Positions 1-7,902 of a stretch of DNA of 64,000 nt are shown piece after piece. This stretch comes from Woeseiaceae bacterium (GTDB lineage Bacteria; Pseudomonadota; Gammaproteobacteria; Steroidobacterales; Woeseiaceae). A program made the position numbers and the translations under genes. Each line of letters starts with the position of its first letter. Position 1 is the first letter of the stretch. The stretch is taken from assembly GCA_035304285.1 (NCBI GenBank), contig DATGQI010000036.1, forward strand, positions 4,446-68,445, in the 5' to 3' direction. A model generated the notes under the pieces. The model did not search any database. It was not told the DNA's origin and saw nothing but the letters and a program-made list of their open reading frames with translations.

Positions 1-165
1 CTGGACGTGCAGACGGTTGCCGACGGCACGCCGATCAGCAACTATGCATTCGACGTAACTCCCGCGCGGCTTGTAACCGGGCTGATTACGGAGCGCGGTA
101 TTTGCGACGCAAGCGAAAAGGGTCTCAGGCGGCTCTTTCCAGAGCAGGCGAAGCAGGCCTCATGA
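1..165 (+). CDS. mtnA: methylthioribose-1-phosphate isomerase, C-terminal fragment (5' end outside window)
   Basis: Frame 1 is open from base 1 to TGA at 163-165. The translation ...NYAFDVTPARLVTGLITERGICDASEKGL... matches the conserved MtnA/eIF-2B-related C-terminus. An aldolase-II (MtnB-like) gene starts 7 nt downstream. Confidence 0.8.
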   Translation: MDVQTVADGTPISNYAFDVTPARLVTGLITERGICDASEKGLRRLFPEQAKQAS

Positions 166-171
166 TCTTCC

Positions 172-813
172 ATGATCAACTCTGAGATAGATGAGGGTTA
201 CACGAAGTTCGCGGTCGACTGGACCGATCGATCTCCCCTCCCTGGCTCCTCCATCGCTGAACTCGAGCGCTGGCGGCGGCCGCTTTACGAAGCAGGCCTC
301 GTCGGGTACTACCCGGAGCTCAACATCGGTTACGGGAACTTGAGCGTGCGCGCGACAGGTGGCGGGCTCTTCATCATAAGCGGCACCCAGACGGGGCACC
401 TGCCGCATACCGACCAGAGGCATTACGCGCTGGTAACGAAGGCCGACATAGCTGAAAATTCGGTCAGTTGCACCGGGGCCACGCAGGCGTCGTCGGAGTC
501 CCTCACCCACGCCGCCATCTACGAGCTGGACGCATCCATCAATGCAGTCGTCCACGTGCACAGCGAGAGCCTTTGGGAGCAACTGAAGTACTCGGTGCCG
601 ACAACGGCCGCCGATGTTGCCTACGGGACGCCGGAGATGGCCAACGCATTCAAACTACTGTACCGGCAGACACCCTTTCGGGAATTCGGCGTGGCTGTCA
701 TGGCCGGGCATGACGCAGGCCTCATCAGCATCGGCGGCAGCGTGGAGGCGGCGGCGCGGCGCATCCTGGCGTTTCATGCCGAGCGTTCTTCTCGCGGAGG
801 TTCGGCGAGCTAG
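172..813 (+). CDS. mtnB: class II aldolase/adducin-family protein, probable methylthioribulose-1-phosphate dehydratase
   Basis: 213-aa ORF with aldolase-II hallmarks (GNLSVR, SGTQTG, His cluster AVVHVHSE). Adjacency to mtnA supports a methionine-salvage role. Confidence 0.65.
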   Translation: MINSEIDEGYTKFAVDWTDRSPLPGSSIAELERWRRPLYEAGLVGYYPELNIGYGNLSVRATGGGLFIISGTQTGHLPHTDQRHYALVTKADIAENSVSCTGATQASSESLTHAAIYELDASINAVVHVHSESLWEQLKYSVPTTAADVAYGTPEMANAFKLLYRQTPFREFGVAVMAGHDAGLISIGGSVEAAARRILAFHAERSSRGGSAS

Positions 814-852
814 GGAACCAAGAAAGACACCATCGATCGGGGAGGTAGAAAA

Positions 853-1860
853 ATGAAAATTCTGAATCTCTTCTTGAGCGCCATCACCGCGCTGGTTGTT
901 GCAACCAACGCCGGCTACGCCCAGTCGATGCCGACGAACGACAGGCTGGATATACGGGAATGGCTGGTGCCCTGGGAGGACTCCCGTCCCAGGGATCCCT
1001 ACGTTGCCGACAACGGACGGGTCTGGTTCGTAGGGCAGAAGGGCCACTATGTCGCCAACCTCGTTCCTGAGTCGAACCAGTTCAACCGTTACGACCTGGC
1101 ACCGGGAACGGGGCCGCACAACCTGATTGTCGATGATAACAACGACATCTGGTACGCCGGCAACCTGGCGCGGCACATCGGCCTGCTGGACCCGGATACC
1201 GGGAGCATTACCAGGATCGAGATGCCGCACCGGGCAGCACGCGATCCCCACACGCTGACCTTCGACTCCCGCGGCGACATCTGGTTTACGGTCCAGCAGG
1301 GAAACTTCGTCGGCAAGCTGAATGCCTCGGACAGGCGAGTGCAACTCATCGAGGTGCCGACGGGGCGGGCAAGGCCCTACGGCATCGTGGTCGATTCCAG
1401 GGACGTGCCCTGGGCGGTGGCGTTCGGGACCAACAGGCTGCTCAAGGTCGACCCGCAGAACATGACGCTCGAGGAGATCGTACTGCCGAGCGAGGGCAGC
1501 AGGCCGCGGCGCCTCGTCATCACCTCCGATGACCGTGTCTGGTTTGTCGATTACGCCCGCGGCTATCTCGGGCGATACAGCCCGGCCACCGAAGAGTTCA
1601 AGGAGTGGCCGATGCCCGGAGGCTCGGACAGCCGCCCTTACGGCATGGCAGTGGACAGGAACGACAAGATCTGGATGGTCGAAACAGGGATGACTCCCAA
1701 CAGGTTCGTAGGCTTTGATGCCGCAACAGAGGAGTTCCTGAGCGTCACCGAAATTCCGAGCGGCGGTGGGACGGTGCGGCACATGGACTACTTCGCGCCA
1801 GCCGGCGAAATCTGGTTCGGCACGGACACCAACTACATCGGCCGCGCCAAGGTCCACTGA
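853..1860 (+). CDS. secreted beta-propeller protein, virginiamycin B lyase (Vgb)-like
   Basis: 335 aa with an N-terminal signal peptide (MKILNLFLSAITALVVATNAGYA). Repeated blades of the type D..G.IWF....N.IGR typical of Vgb/SMP-30-like propellers. GGAGG lies 8 nt before the ATG. Confidence 0.6.
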   Translation: MKILNLFLSAITALVVATNAGYAQSMPTNDRLDIREWLVPWEDSRPRDPYVADNGRVWFVGQKGHYVANLVPESNQFNRYDLAPGTGPHNLIVDDNNDIWYAGNLARHIGLLDPDTGSITRIEMPHRAARDPHTLTFDSRGDIWFTVQQGNFVGKLNASDRRVQLIEVPTGRARPYGIVVDSRDVPWAVAFGTNRLLKVDPQNMTLEEIVLPSEGSRPRRLVITSDDRVWFVDYARGYLGRYSPATEEFKEWPMPGGSDSRPYGMAVDRNDKIWMVETGMTPNRFVGFDAATEEFLSVTEIPSGGGTVRHMDYFAPAGEIWFGTDTNYIGRAKVH

Positions 1861-1880
1861 CCCCGGAAAGGACGACACAG

Positions 1881-2447
1881 GTGCTGCCACCAGCGCTTCT
1901 CCCGCTTGTTGTCCTGTTGCTGCTGGGCACCGCCAGCCTTACCGCGCATTGCTACGAAGACGGCGCGCCGGCGGCACACACTGGCGGCTTCGGTGAGCCC
2001 GACTGCTCGCTGTGCCACTCCGACAGCCGCAGGAATGTCGGTGGAGGCGAGCTTAAAGTTTCCGGACTGCCGCTCAGCGTCGTCGCCGATGCGGAGTACG
2101 AGATCTCCGTCCAATTGAAACACAGCAAGCTGCGAAGCGGCGGCTTTCAGCTGGCGCTCCGCCAGCAGGACGGCACGCCGGCAGGAAAACTGATTTCGCT
2201 TTCCCCGGAGACGCAGGTAATTGAGGCCGCCGGCCAGGAGTACCTGCAGCACACGAAAGACGGTATCAACGCAAACGGCGACCGTGTGATCCGGTGGGTC
2301 TTTCGCTGGATCGCCGCAGGAGTGAACGCCCCGGTCCACCTGCACGTAGCGGCGAATGCCGCCAACGACGACGCATCGGCACTCGGAGATTTCATCTTTA
2401 CGCTGGAACGCGTGCTGCCGGCGGAAGGACTACAGCCGTCTCGTTGA
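1881..2447 (+). CDS. secreted protein with a single CxxCH heme-binding motif
   Basis: GTG start 20 nt after the preceding stop. Has a signal peptide (LLPLVVLLLLGTASLTA), then HTGGFGEPDCSLCH. The rest of the protein is not a recognisable cytochrome c fold. Confidence 0.5.
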   Translation: MLPPALLPLVVLLLLGTASLTAHCYEDGAPAAHTGGFGEPDCSLCHSDSRRNVGGGELKVSGLPLSVVADAEYEISVQLKHSKLRSGGFQLALRQQDGTPAGKLISLSPETQVIEAAGQEYLQHTKDGINANGDRVIRWVFRWIAAGVNAPVHLHVAANAANDDASALGDFIFTLERVLPAEGLQPSR

Positions 2448-2835
2448 CCCGGTCGAGGCGAAAGCGGTAGGTCCTGCAGGTCTTCACAAGAGCCGGCTTC
2501 TCACCGTCGGCCAAAGGCGTGAAGCTCGAGCGACGGATCGCCCTCATTGCAGGCTTTTCGAATATCTTGTGCGAACTGCTGCGAATAGACGGGCGGACAA
2601 CCTTTCCCCGCGCGTCGATGTGGAAGCAGACCACGGCTTCTCCTTCGATACGATCACGTCGCGCGATGGAGGGATATTTCGGGAACGCGGTGATCGCCGG
2701 CACCCGCTCACCCGGCGAATCGGTGAAGTTACGGGTGTCTGCCTCATCGCCGGCGAAGGCGAACAGCGGCAGCAAAAGCAGGGCGGTGAAAAGCTGTGCG
2801 CGGCCCGGCTTTTCAGCGCTCCTGGTCATCCCCAT
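2398..2835 (-). CDS. TonB C-terminal-domain protein (periplasmic)
   Basis: Internal Met start gives the signal-like segment MGMTRSAEKPGRAQLFTALLLLPLFAFA. The C-terminal part, FPKYPSIARRDRIEGEAVVCFHIDARGKV...FEKPAMRAIRRSSF, is TonB_C-like. The upstream part of the track ORF overlaps the TPR gene. Confidence 0.6.
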   Translation of the reverse strand: MGMTRSAEKPGRAQLFTALLLLPLFAFAGDEADTRNFTDSPGERVPAITAFPKYPSIARRDRIEGEAVVCFHIDARGKVVRPSIRSSSHKIFEKPAMRAIRRSSFTPLADGEKPALVKTCRTYRFRLDRVNETAVVLPPAARVPA

Positions 2836-3346
2836 CCGGGTTGCCCTGGCGGTCGTCAATCTCGACTTCAGGCGCCACCGGGTCGACCGCGTCGAGGTAC
2901 ATCGCGCGGGCGACCCTTAAGGTCCTGGCGCCGGGATTCAGCTCCTCGCCCTTTACCAGGTCCCGGTGTGCCTTCTCGTACTCAGCCGTATTGATATAGA
3001 TCACTGCACGATTGTTGTAGGCACGCCAGCTCTGGTCGTCCCGCTCGATCAGCAGTTCGCAATACTTCAAAGCTTCCTGGTAGTTTTCGAGCATGATGTA
3101 GCCTGCGCAAAGATTCGACAGCGCTGCTTCTTCCTCTCGTGCGCCCTGCGCAACCTTCAAGCCCCGAAGCGTAAGCTCGACACCCTCCTTCGCCCGGCCG
3201 GCCAGCAGCTGTTTCGCGCCATCCTGGAGGTCGGGATTACGCGGGCCGATGACCGTGGTTGGCCCGTCCTGCATTCGGTCAGCATTCTGAGCGAAACCCT
3301 GAGGCCCCACCAAGCTTAAGATGACCATCAAGAATAATCTGCCCAT
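2813..3346 (-). CDS. TPR-repeat secreted protein
   Basis: Start moved to the internal Met (MGRLFLMVILSLVGPQGFAQ signal peptide). TPR-like helices are present (ALSNLCAGYIMLENYQEALKYCE, AYNNRAVIYINTAEYEKAHRDL). Confidence 0.6.
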   Translation of the reverse strand: MGRLFLMVILSLVGPQGFAQNADRMQDGPTTVIGPRNPDLQDGAKQLLAGRAKEGVELTLRGLKVAQGAREEEAALSNLCAGYIMLENYQEALKYCELLIERDDQSWRAYNNRAVIYINTAEYEKAHRDLVKGEELNPGARTLRVARAMYLDAVDPVAPEVEIDDRQGNPDGDDQER

Positions 3347-3410
3347 GATTCGCACCCTCTGTTCCGCCGGCCACAGCTGCCGAAACCCAGAAAGCGTTGG
3401 CCGACCCAGA

Positions 3411-4292
3411 TCAGACAAGGTTCTTCCTGAAAAATTCAAGGGTCCTCCGCCAGGCCAGTTCCGCCGCGGCTTCATCGAAGCGTGGCGTAGTATCGTTGTG
3501 GAAGCCGTGACTGGTGTCTTCGTAGGTATGTTCCGTGAAGGTCTTCCCGTGTTTCTCGAGGGCGGCCTTGTAGGCTGGCCATCCGGCGTTCACGCGCTCA
3601 TCCTGCGAAGCGTGATGAATGAGCAGCGGGGCGCGAATATGGACGACCTCCTCCGGCGAAGGCTGGGTACCGTAGAACGGTACGGCCGCCGCGAGGTCCG
3701 GTACGCGCACTGCGATCATGTTCGACACCCAGCCGCCAAAGCAAAAGCCGACGCAGCCGGCTTTTCCACTACACCACTCGTGCGCCTGCAGGTAGCGCAG
3801 TCCTGCGATGAAGTCCTCGAGCATCTCGTCCCGGTCGCGCCGGGCCTGGAGTTCGCGCCCTTCGTCGTCCGTCCCCGGGTAGCCGCCAAGAGGCGTCAGG
3901 GCATCCGGTGCAAAACCCACGAAGCCTCCAACGGCCACGCGACGCACGACATCTTCGATGTATGGGTTGAGCCCCCGGTTCTCATGGATCACGAGAACGC
4001 CAGGCAACCCGGTGTTCCGCAATGACGGCGCGGCGAGGTACCCGCGCATTTCCCCGGCACCGTCAGGGGATGCGTAATCCTCGTAACGTACTTCGATAGA
4101 GTCGTCGCCGGGGTCGACCTGCTGCGCCAGTGCGTAGTTCGGGCTCAGGCTGCCTAGAAGCGCCGACGCGGAAACTCCGGAGGCGGTATATGCAGCCGCG
4201 CGTTCAAGAAAGTCACGGCGCGTTATCATGCCGTGGGCGTAACGATCGTACAGGTCGAGAACGCGTCGATCGTAAGTCTTCTCGTCAGTCAT
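3411..4292 (-). CDS. dienelactone hydrolase family protein with Tat-type signal
   Basis: 293 aa. Twin-arginine motif TRRDFLERAAAY. DLH-type core VLVIHENRGLNPYIEDV...GCVGFCFGG...HGF. Confidence 0.8.
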   Translation of the reverse strand: MTDEKTYDRRVLDLYDRYAHGMITRRDFLERAAAYTASGVSASALLGSLSPNYALAQQVDPGDDSIEVRYEDYASPDGAGEMRGYLAAPSLRNTGLPGVLVIHENRGLNPYIEDVVRRVAVGGFVGFAPDALTPLGGYPGTDDEGRELQARRDRDEMLEDFIAGLRYLQAHEWCSGKAGCVGFCFGGWVSNMIAVRVPDLAAAVPFYGTQPSPEEVVHIRAPLLIHHASQDERVNAGWPAYKAALEKHGKTFTEHTYEDTSHGFHNDTTPRFDEAAAELAWRRTLEFFRKNLV

Positions 4293-4321
4293 CCCCTCTC
4301 GCCTCGTCTACGGGCCTGTTT

Positions 4322-4750
4322 TCACCCGCTGATGTAGTGTTCGAGTTGTTCGATGGCCTGCTGCTGGTCCGAGATGATTGCCTTGACCAGGTCCCCGATG
4401 GAAATGATGCCGATGAGTCTTCCTTCATCGACAACGGGCAAGTGGCGAATCCTCTTTTCAGTTACGGTGTTCATGCACTTGTCAACCGACTCGCTGCTGG
4501 TGGTCGTGATGACGTCGGTCGTCATGATTTCACGCACTTCCGTAGCATCGGAGGCACGTCCTTTGAGGATGACTTTTCGTGCGTAATCTCTTTCGGTGAG
4601 TATCCCGGCGAGGCTATCGCCGTCCATGACCACGAGTGCGCCGATGCCCCGGTCGGACATGAGGCGTATTGCATCGAGCACTGAAGCATCGGGCGCTATG
4701 GAGACTATATCGCGGCCCTTGCTATCGAGAAGGTGACAGACCAGTTTCAT
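4322..4750 (-). CDS. CBS-pair domain protein
   Basis: Start at the internal Met (MKLVCHLLDSKGRDIVSI). Two CBS motifs (GIGALVVMDGDSLAGILTERD; HLPVVDEGRLIGIISIGDL). Confidence 0.8.
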   Translation of the reverse strand: MKLVCHLLDSKGRDIVSIAPDASVLDAIRLMSDRGIGALVVMDGDSLAGILTERDYARKVILKGRASDATEVREIMTTDVITTTSSESVDKCMNTVTEKRIRHLPVVDEGRLIGIISIGDLVKAIISDQQQAIEQLEHYISG

Positions 4751-4877
4751 GTTGCCTCCCGGAAACCTGGATTCAAGCATCCGCGAAGGTCCCGACGCTC
4801 GCGGTTGCGGATCGTCGTTTCATTGTAGCCCTAAAGCCCGCGCGTGTGCGCTACGGCCGGAACAGCCCGCGATAAGC

Positions 4878-5007
4878 GCCCGTCTCACGGGCGACGAAGG
4901 TAGCGCCGCTCCAGGCGAATGTCGCCCGCGGGGCCGGCTACTACAGCCTTCTGTTCCAGCCACGTCGCCTGGAATCGGGCGCTCCAGGGGCCCGTCTCAC
5001 GGGCGAC
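4878..5007. repeat. cluster of REP-like extragenic palindromes (family A hairpin GCCCGTCTCACGGGCGAC x2, plus a degenerate family B copy)
   Basis: An identical 18-mer, gcccgtctcacgggcgac, occurs at 4878-4895 and 4990-5007 (stem GCCCG/CGGGC). Between them, gtcgcccgcggggccggctactacag resembles the tcgcccgc...gcgggctcctacag elements seen elsewhere. The region is intergenic. Confidence 0.6.
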
Positions 5008-5021
5008 AACCGGACCGGGTG

Positions 5022-5738
5022 TCAGTCGTCGGCGACGACGCGCCCTGCAACCTCCGAGTAGTCGAACGAGCCGCTACCCGCATCCGGGACGAGCAGGTCA
5101 CCCACAATATCGCGGACATCGATACTGCCTGAACCGTCTTCAATAGTGACGCTGCCGTCGACCTCGGCCACGGTGATACTGCCGGAACCGTCAACAATCC
5201 TGACGTCGCCGCCGGAACGCTCGATTTCGATGGACCCGGACCCATCCCTGATGGTCAGCAACCCGCCATTGTCGGTTATCCGGATCGATCCGGAACCATC
5301 GTCCAGTTCGATCGGGCCCATGACGTCGCGGACTTCGACCGATCCGGAGCGGTCCTCGATGTTGAGTGACAGTCTCTCCGGGACCCTCACGTCCAGGTGC
5401 ACGCGCGGGCTTTCGTCGAACGACCATCGCGACTTCCTGAACCACCCGTCGAGATCGGCGCGACTGCCATTTTTTCCGAGGCTGAGGACAAGGTCCTCTT
5501 CGATGACCTGCCGGGCCTCGTCTGCATCCGCATCCGGAACCTCGATGGTTGCGATGACGAGAATGCGGTTGGTGCCGGCGATGCCGCTAACGTTCAGGCT
5601 GCCTGCCCCTGCCTCGATGTCCAGTGTTTCCACGCCATCAGCATCGATAGACAGCTCGCGCTTTTCCTCCTGGCCGTTAAACGCGGCATGCACGAGGTTG
5701 GCGGCGAACAAGATCATCATCAGTAGGGTCTGCAGCAT
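5022..5738 (-). CDS. secreted beta-helix-like repeat protein (DUF4097/putative adhesin-like)
   Basis: Start at the internal Met (MLQTLLMMILFAANLVHA signal). Six tandem ~18-aa repeats built on D(G/R/A)SGS(I/V/F). Confidence 0.6.
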   Translation of the reverse strand: MLQTLLMMILFAANLVHAAFNGQEEKRELSIDADGVETLDIEAGAGSLNVSGIAGTNRILVIATIEVPDADADEARQVIEEDLVLSLGKNGSRADLDGWFRKSRWSFDESPRVHLDVRVPERLSLNIEDRSGSVEVRDVMGPIELDDGSGSIRITDNGGLLTIRDGSGSIEIERSGGDVRIVDGSGSITVAEVDGSVTIEDGSGSIDVRDIVGDLLVPDAGSGSFDYSEVAGRVVADD

Positions 5739-5892
5739 CGTTTTCTCCAGCGTGAGCGGCTCGGCTGTGGTTTGCTGATTTAGATGCCGCTCGCGCGCAA
5801 ACGGTTGCGTCATCGCCAGGGATCACCGTGCGCCTTGCCAATCACCACCGTTAGCTGACCCGGGCCTTGAAGTTCGCGCAATGACCAGCGCA

Positions 5893-6216
5893 TCAGGCCT
5901 GCTCGATGGTAAGCCTGATCGGTGCGTTGCTGCCATTCGCGACGCAGTGCGTCTCGTAGCGCTTTTCGGAGTCGGGGAAAATTACCGCGGACTCGATCGT
6001 TACGGCATATCCGATCCCGGTCCTCTTGACCCTCGACACCAGGTGACGCACGCGTTGCGCATTCTCGAGGTCGAGTTCGGTGTTAACAGCTGCGAGGCAG
6101 CTGTCGACCTCCCGGGAGAAGAGCATCTTCCCGGCAGCTTCGGCGGGTATGGCATGGGCGCCGGCGTAACCGAGCACGAGCAGGAGACTGGCAGGTATCA
6201 GGTTTTGGAATTTCAT
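5893..6216 (-). CDS. small secreted hypothetical protein
   Basis: Internal Met gives the signal peptide MKFQNLIPASLLLVLGYAGAHA. 107 aa with no recognisable domain. Two TetR-type palindromes precede it. Confidence 0.45.
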   Translation of the reverse strand: MKFQNLIPASLLLVLGYAGAHAIPAEAAGKMLFSREVDSCLAAVNTELDLENAQRVRHLVSRVKRTGIGYAVTIESAVIFPDSEKRYETHCVANGSNAPIRLTIEQA

Positions 6217-6264
6217 CTCTTGAGCTTCCTTCGAGGTTGTGCGGCGACGCCGCGGGTCCAGTTT

Positions 6265-6280
6265 CAGAACCAGCGTTCTG
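6265..6280. promoter_or_regulatory. candidate TetR operator, palindrome CAGAAC-N4-GTTCTG
   Basis: The sequence cagaaccagcgttctg is a perfect 6+6 inverted repeat, 49 nt upstream of the 5893-6216 gene start. Confidence 0.45.
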
Positions 6281-6326
6281 GATAAAAGAAAAAAAGGTCG
6301 GGTCGCTTCGGACTCGAGCCGCACTC

Positions 6327-6342
6327 CAGAACATCTATTCTG
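6327..6342. promoter_or_regulatory. candidate TetR operator, palindrome CAGAAC-N4-ATTCTG
   Basis: The sequence cagaacatctattctg has the same architecture as 6265-6280, with one arm mismatch. It lies between the tetR stop and the downstream gene. Confidence 0.4.
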
Positions 6343-6358
6343 TTATGCACAAAAAAAC

Positions 6359-6940
6359 TCAGCGGAGCGAGGACATGGTGTTGTCCACGAAACTGTTCAG
6401 CGTTTCCCTGGGGAGGCCCGAGCTTGCGAGCACCGCCAACCCGAAGAGTGCGCCGGTGAGAAAATCGCCCGCGCTTCGCACGTCCAGAGATGCCCGGACC
6501 TCCCCCTTTTCTTTCGCGGCCGCAAGTCCGATGGCGAAGGTCTTGGCGATGCGGCTTATGAAGCGCTGCAGCACATGCTTGATCTCGCTGTCGTGCGGAG
6601 CCAGCTCCATGGCCGTATGGGACAACATGCAGCCCCTGGTTCTGTCGGCGCTGGCGAGCATCTCGATGCGCTCCTCGAAGATCCTGCGAATGTCGGCAAG
6701 CGAAGCGTCGGGCTCGAGAAGCCGCAGGAACCGCTCGCGACCCATGCGATCGGCGTAGCGCTCCAGCGCCTGCTCGAACAACTCGCGCTTGTTGCCGAAC
6801 GTCCCGTAGAGTCCGTAGCGGCTGACGCCGGTTGCCTTGACGAGGTCATCCATGGAGGTGTCGGTGTAGCCCCGCGTGGAGAACACCTCCACGGCCTTGT
6901 TCAACGCTTCAGCAGGATTGAAAGCACGGGTTCTGACCAT
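6359..6940 (-). CDS. TetR/AcrR family transcriptional regulator
   Basis: 193 aa with an N-terminal TetR HTH (FSTRGYTDTSMDDLVKATGVSRYGLYGTFGNKRELF). Confidence 0.85.
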   Translation of the reverse strand: MVRTRAFNPAEALNKAVEVFSTRGYTDTSMDDLVKATGVSRYGLYGTFGNKRELFEQALERYADRMGRERFLRLLEPDASLADIRRIFEERIEMLASADRTRGCMLSHTAMELAPHDSEIKHVLQRFISRIAKTFAIGLAAAKEKGEVRASLDVRSAGDFLTGALFGLAVLASSGLPRETLNSFVDNTMSSLR

Positions 6941-6946
6941 GCTTTC

Positions 6947-6962
6947 CAGACTAGTCGTTCTG
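6947..6962. promoter_or_regulatory. candidate autoregulatory TetR operator, CAGACT-N4-GTTCTG
   Basis: The sequence cagactagtcgttctg sits 7 nt upstream of the tetR start codon. It is the third copy of the same 16-bp palindrome type. Confidence 0.4.
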
Positions 6963-6999
6963 TTTTACGCCGTCAAGCGAGATCGGGAGAAGGCTTCGT

Positions 7000-7854
7000 T
7001 TACAGGCTCTGTGCGGCGAAGGTGTCGCAGCGTTCCGGGTCGCCGTGCTCCAGGCCGGTGCGGAACCATCGTACGCGCTGCTCCGACGTGCCGTGGGTGA
7101 AAGAGTCGGGGGATACGCCGCGTCCGCTACCCTGCTGAAGGCGATCGTCGCCGATGGCGCTCGCGGCATTCAAAGCTTCCTCGACATCGCCTTCCTCGAG
7201 GAAATTGTGCCGGCGGTGGGTGCGGTTCGCCCATACCCCCGCCAGGCAGTCCGCCTGCAACTCCAGCCGCACGGACATCCGGTTTGCCTCGGCCTCCGAC
7301 AGCCGCTGGCGACTTCGGTGAACCTCGTCCGTAATTCCGAGAAGGTGCTGCACGTGGTGCCCGATCTCGTGGGCGATGACATAGGCCTGCGCGAAATCGC
7401 CGGGAGCATCAAAGCGATTCTTCAGTTCCGTGTAGAAGTCGAGATCGATGTAGGCCTTGCTGTCTGCGGGACAATAGAAGGGTCCCATGAAGGCTTGCCC
7501 GACGCCACAGGCGGTCCGTGTAGCGCCGCGAAACATCACCAGCACCGGTTCCTGGTAGCGCTGGTTGCTCGCGGCGAACACTTCGTTCCACACGTCCTCG
7601 GTGTCGGCCACGACCACCGCGACCATGTCCGCGAGCGGGTCTTCGGAGAAATCCTGTTCGCCAGGAGTCGTGGCGGTATCGGAAGGAACGTTGACCGACT
7701 GCACCCCCTCCAGAAGGAAGCTCGGATCGATACCGAAGTACATGGCCGCAAGGACAATGACGATCGTACCGATGCCGCCGCCCACCAGCGTCGTTCCCCT
7801 GGCGCTGCGCCGGTCCTCGATGTTGCTGCTCCGCCTTCTGTCCCGCCAGCGCAT
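7000..7854 (-). CDS. ypfJ: YpfJ-family neutral zinc metallopeptidase
   Basis: 284 aa. N-terminus MRWRDRRRSSNIEDRR followed by a TM segment. HExxH motif (AHEIGHHVQH). Overall layout matches YpfJ. Confidence 0.8.
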   Translation of the reverse strand: MRWRDRRRSSNIEDRRSARGTTLVGGGIGTIVIVLAAMYFGIDPSFLLEGVQSVNVPSDTATTPGEQDFSEDPLADMVAVVVADTEDVWNEVFAASNQRYQEPVLVMFRGATRTACGVGQAFMGPFYCPADSKAYIDLDFYTELKNRFDAPGDFAQAYVIAHEIGHHVQHLLGITDEVHRSRQRLSEAEANRMSVRLELQADCLAGVWANRTHRRHNFLEEGDVEEALNAASAIGDDRLQQGSGRGVSPDSFTHGTSEQRVRWFRTGLEHGDPERCDTFAAQSL

Positions 7855-7902
7855 GGTGTGTCAGCTCCTGATTGGAACGGTAGTTGCCTTTAAGAGGACC
7901 TC

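Noticed and set aside
655-1890. 411-aa ORF on the minus strand
   Set aside because: It is antisense to the signal-peptide-bearing beta-propeller gene and part of the mtnB-like gene, and has no recognisable features. Shadow ORF.
2398-2447. 50-nt convergent overlap between the 3' ends of the CxxCH protein gene and the TonB_C-domain gene
   Set aside because: Both ORFs have independent domain or motif support, and the overlap follows simply from the stop-codon positions. I cannot infer any regulatory meaning from the sequence alone.
5040-5330. Periodic nucleotide repeats that could suggest a CRISPR or tandem-repeat array
   Set aside because: The ~54-nt periodicity lies in frame within a signal-peptide-bearing ORF and encodes the DGSGSI protein repeats. 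There are no unique spacers and no cas genes.
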